Positions 63,560-64,000 of a stretch of 64,000 nt of DNA are shown in pieces. Where the stretch lies: NCBI GenBank assembly GCA_002335385.1, contig DCVK01000071.1, forward strand, positions 13,330-77,329, given 5' to 3'. Under the pieces are notes generated by a model. It worked only from the letters and a program-made list of their open reading frames with translations, was not told where the DNA came from and made no database searches. Within the stretch, counting starts at the first letter, position 1, and each line of letters begins with the position of its first letter. Source of the stretch: Candidatus Aminicenantes bacterium UBA2190. Lineage in GTDB: Bacteria > Acidobacteriota > Aminicenantia > UBA2199. The translations under genes and the position numbers were made by a program.

Positions 63560-63627
63560 CTCGGTATACGGTAGACGGCAAGAACGGAAACAAACTATCG
63601 GGACAAGTGACGAGTGACGAGTGACGC
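63560..63627. repeat. Heptamer-periodic arrays (NACGGNA x4, then GTGACGA x3)
   Basis: ctcggta/tacggta/gacggca/agaacgg at 63560-63587. gtgacga/gtgacga/gtgacgc at 63607-63627. Confidence 0.7.
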
Positions 63628-63684
63628 GGAAGAAGAGCATCGCGGGGCTTGCCTTTCCTTCCCGATGTAGTAAGGCAAAAATCT

Positions 63685-63710
63685 GTAGGGGCGGACCCCC
63701 GTGTCCGCCC
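63685..63710 (+). repeat. REP-like GTAG hairpin, copy 2 (variant stem)
   Basis: GTAG-GGGCGGAC-CCCCGT-GTCCGCCC. Same loop and GTAG as copies 1 and 3. Two stem positions differ, each with a complementary change on the other strand of the stem. Confidence 0.75.
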
Positions 63711-63744
63711 TCTTTCAATCATCGCGATCTGGTATTTATCGGCG

Positions 63745-63770
63745 GGGCAGGCACGGGGGCCTGCCCCTAC
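63745..63770 (-). repeat. REP-like GTAG hairpin, copy 3 (identical to copy 1)
   Basis: The plus strand gggcaggcacgggggcctgcccctac is identical over 26 nt to 21426-21451. It is inverted relative to copy 2, 34 nt away. Confidence 0.75.
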
Positions 63771-63805
63771 CCATTTCTTCTTTTTTACTTTATACTTTCT
63801 TGCAA

Positions 63806-64000
63806 ATGCTCAAGGAAGAAACGATCAATGCCTTGACCCACGGCGTGGGCGCCGTTCTGGGCGCGGCGGGGCTGGTGGCACTGGTGGTGCTGGCCGTCCT
63901 GCGCGGCGACGCCTGGCACGTCGTCAGCTGCGCCATCTACGGCGCCACCCTGGTGCTGCTGTTCACCAGCTCCACCCTCTACCACAGCTGCCGCGGGCCG
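63806..64000 (+). CDS. Hemolysin III / PAQR family membrane protein (3' end lies outside the window)
   Basis: MLKEETINALTHGVGAVLGAAGLVALVVLAVLRGDAWHVVSCAIYGATLVLLFTSSTLYHS is a typical Hly-III N-terminus. The frame is open to the window edge. It is absent from the track because no stop is reached. Confidence 0.8.
   Translation, partial: MLKEETINALTHGVGAVLGAAGLVALVVLAVLRGDAWHVVSCAIYGATLVLLFTSSTLYHSCRGP

Noticed and set aside
1-64000. tRNA, rRNA, tmRNA, transposase, integrase or prophage genes.
   Set aside because: None was recognised in any intergenic region or ORF. The by-eye search for tRNA cloverleafs is not exhaustive, so a tRNAscan/Infernal run is still needed to exclude small RNAs.

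Overview
GC-rich (about two-thirds G+C by eye) bacterial chromosomal segment, probably from an uncultivated anaerobe; an Acidobacteriota/Aminicenantes-like origin is only a guess. I support about 58 protein-coding genes, mostly housekeeping. They include tal-tamB-bamA, malQ, sdhCDAB, a tungsten/molybdenum aldehyde:ferredoxin oxidoreductase operon with mobB, plsY-gpsA, a rubredoxin plus flavodiiron pair, and LemA-TPM-TPM. They also include purB/purL, standalone EF-G, plsC, asparaginase, one VapBC pair next to a PIN-PhoH (PhoH2) gene, and a family of secreted Ig-like repeat proteins. Two metabolic clusters stand out. One is a DUF39-ferredoxin / UPF0280 / asd / aspartate kinase operon, the methanogen-type aspartate-semialdehyde route to homocysteine. 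The other is an acyl-CoA ligase / SDR reductase / KAS-III / degenerate KAS-III cluster whose composition resembles Ole/Lst/Nlt head-to-head condensation (olefin/beta-lactone) loci. The most unusual signal is non-coding. Most of the larger intergenic spacers I examined contain short arrays with strict 6- or 7-nt periodicity, with many different unit sequences. In three loci (about 1.2-1.7 kb, 8.6-9.0 kb, 35.7-36.0 kb) these assemble with an AT-rich TTGGAAT-type core into 350-450 bp mosaic elements. The three share near-identical blocks in both orientations and can fold as long imperfect hairpins. A separate REP-like hairpin carrying a 5' GTAG and compensatory stem changes occurs three times. 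I saw no rRNA, tRNA, CRISPR array, transposase or integrase, but my scan for RNA genes was by eye only. The many long antisense ORFs in the track are GC-content artefacts. All coordinates were derived by hand counting and no database search was possible.
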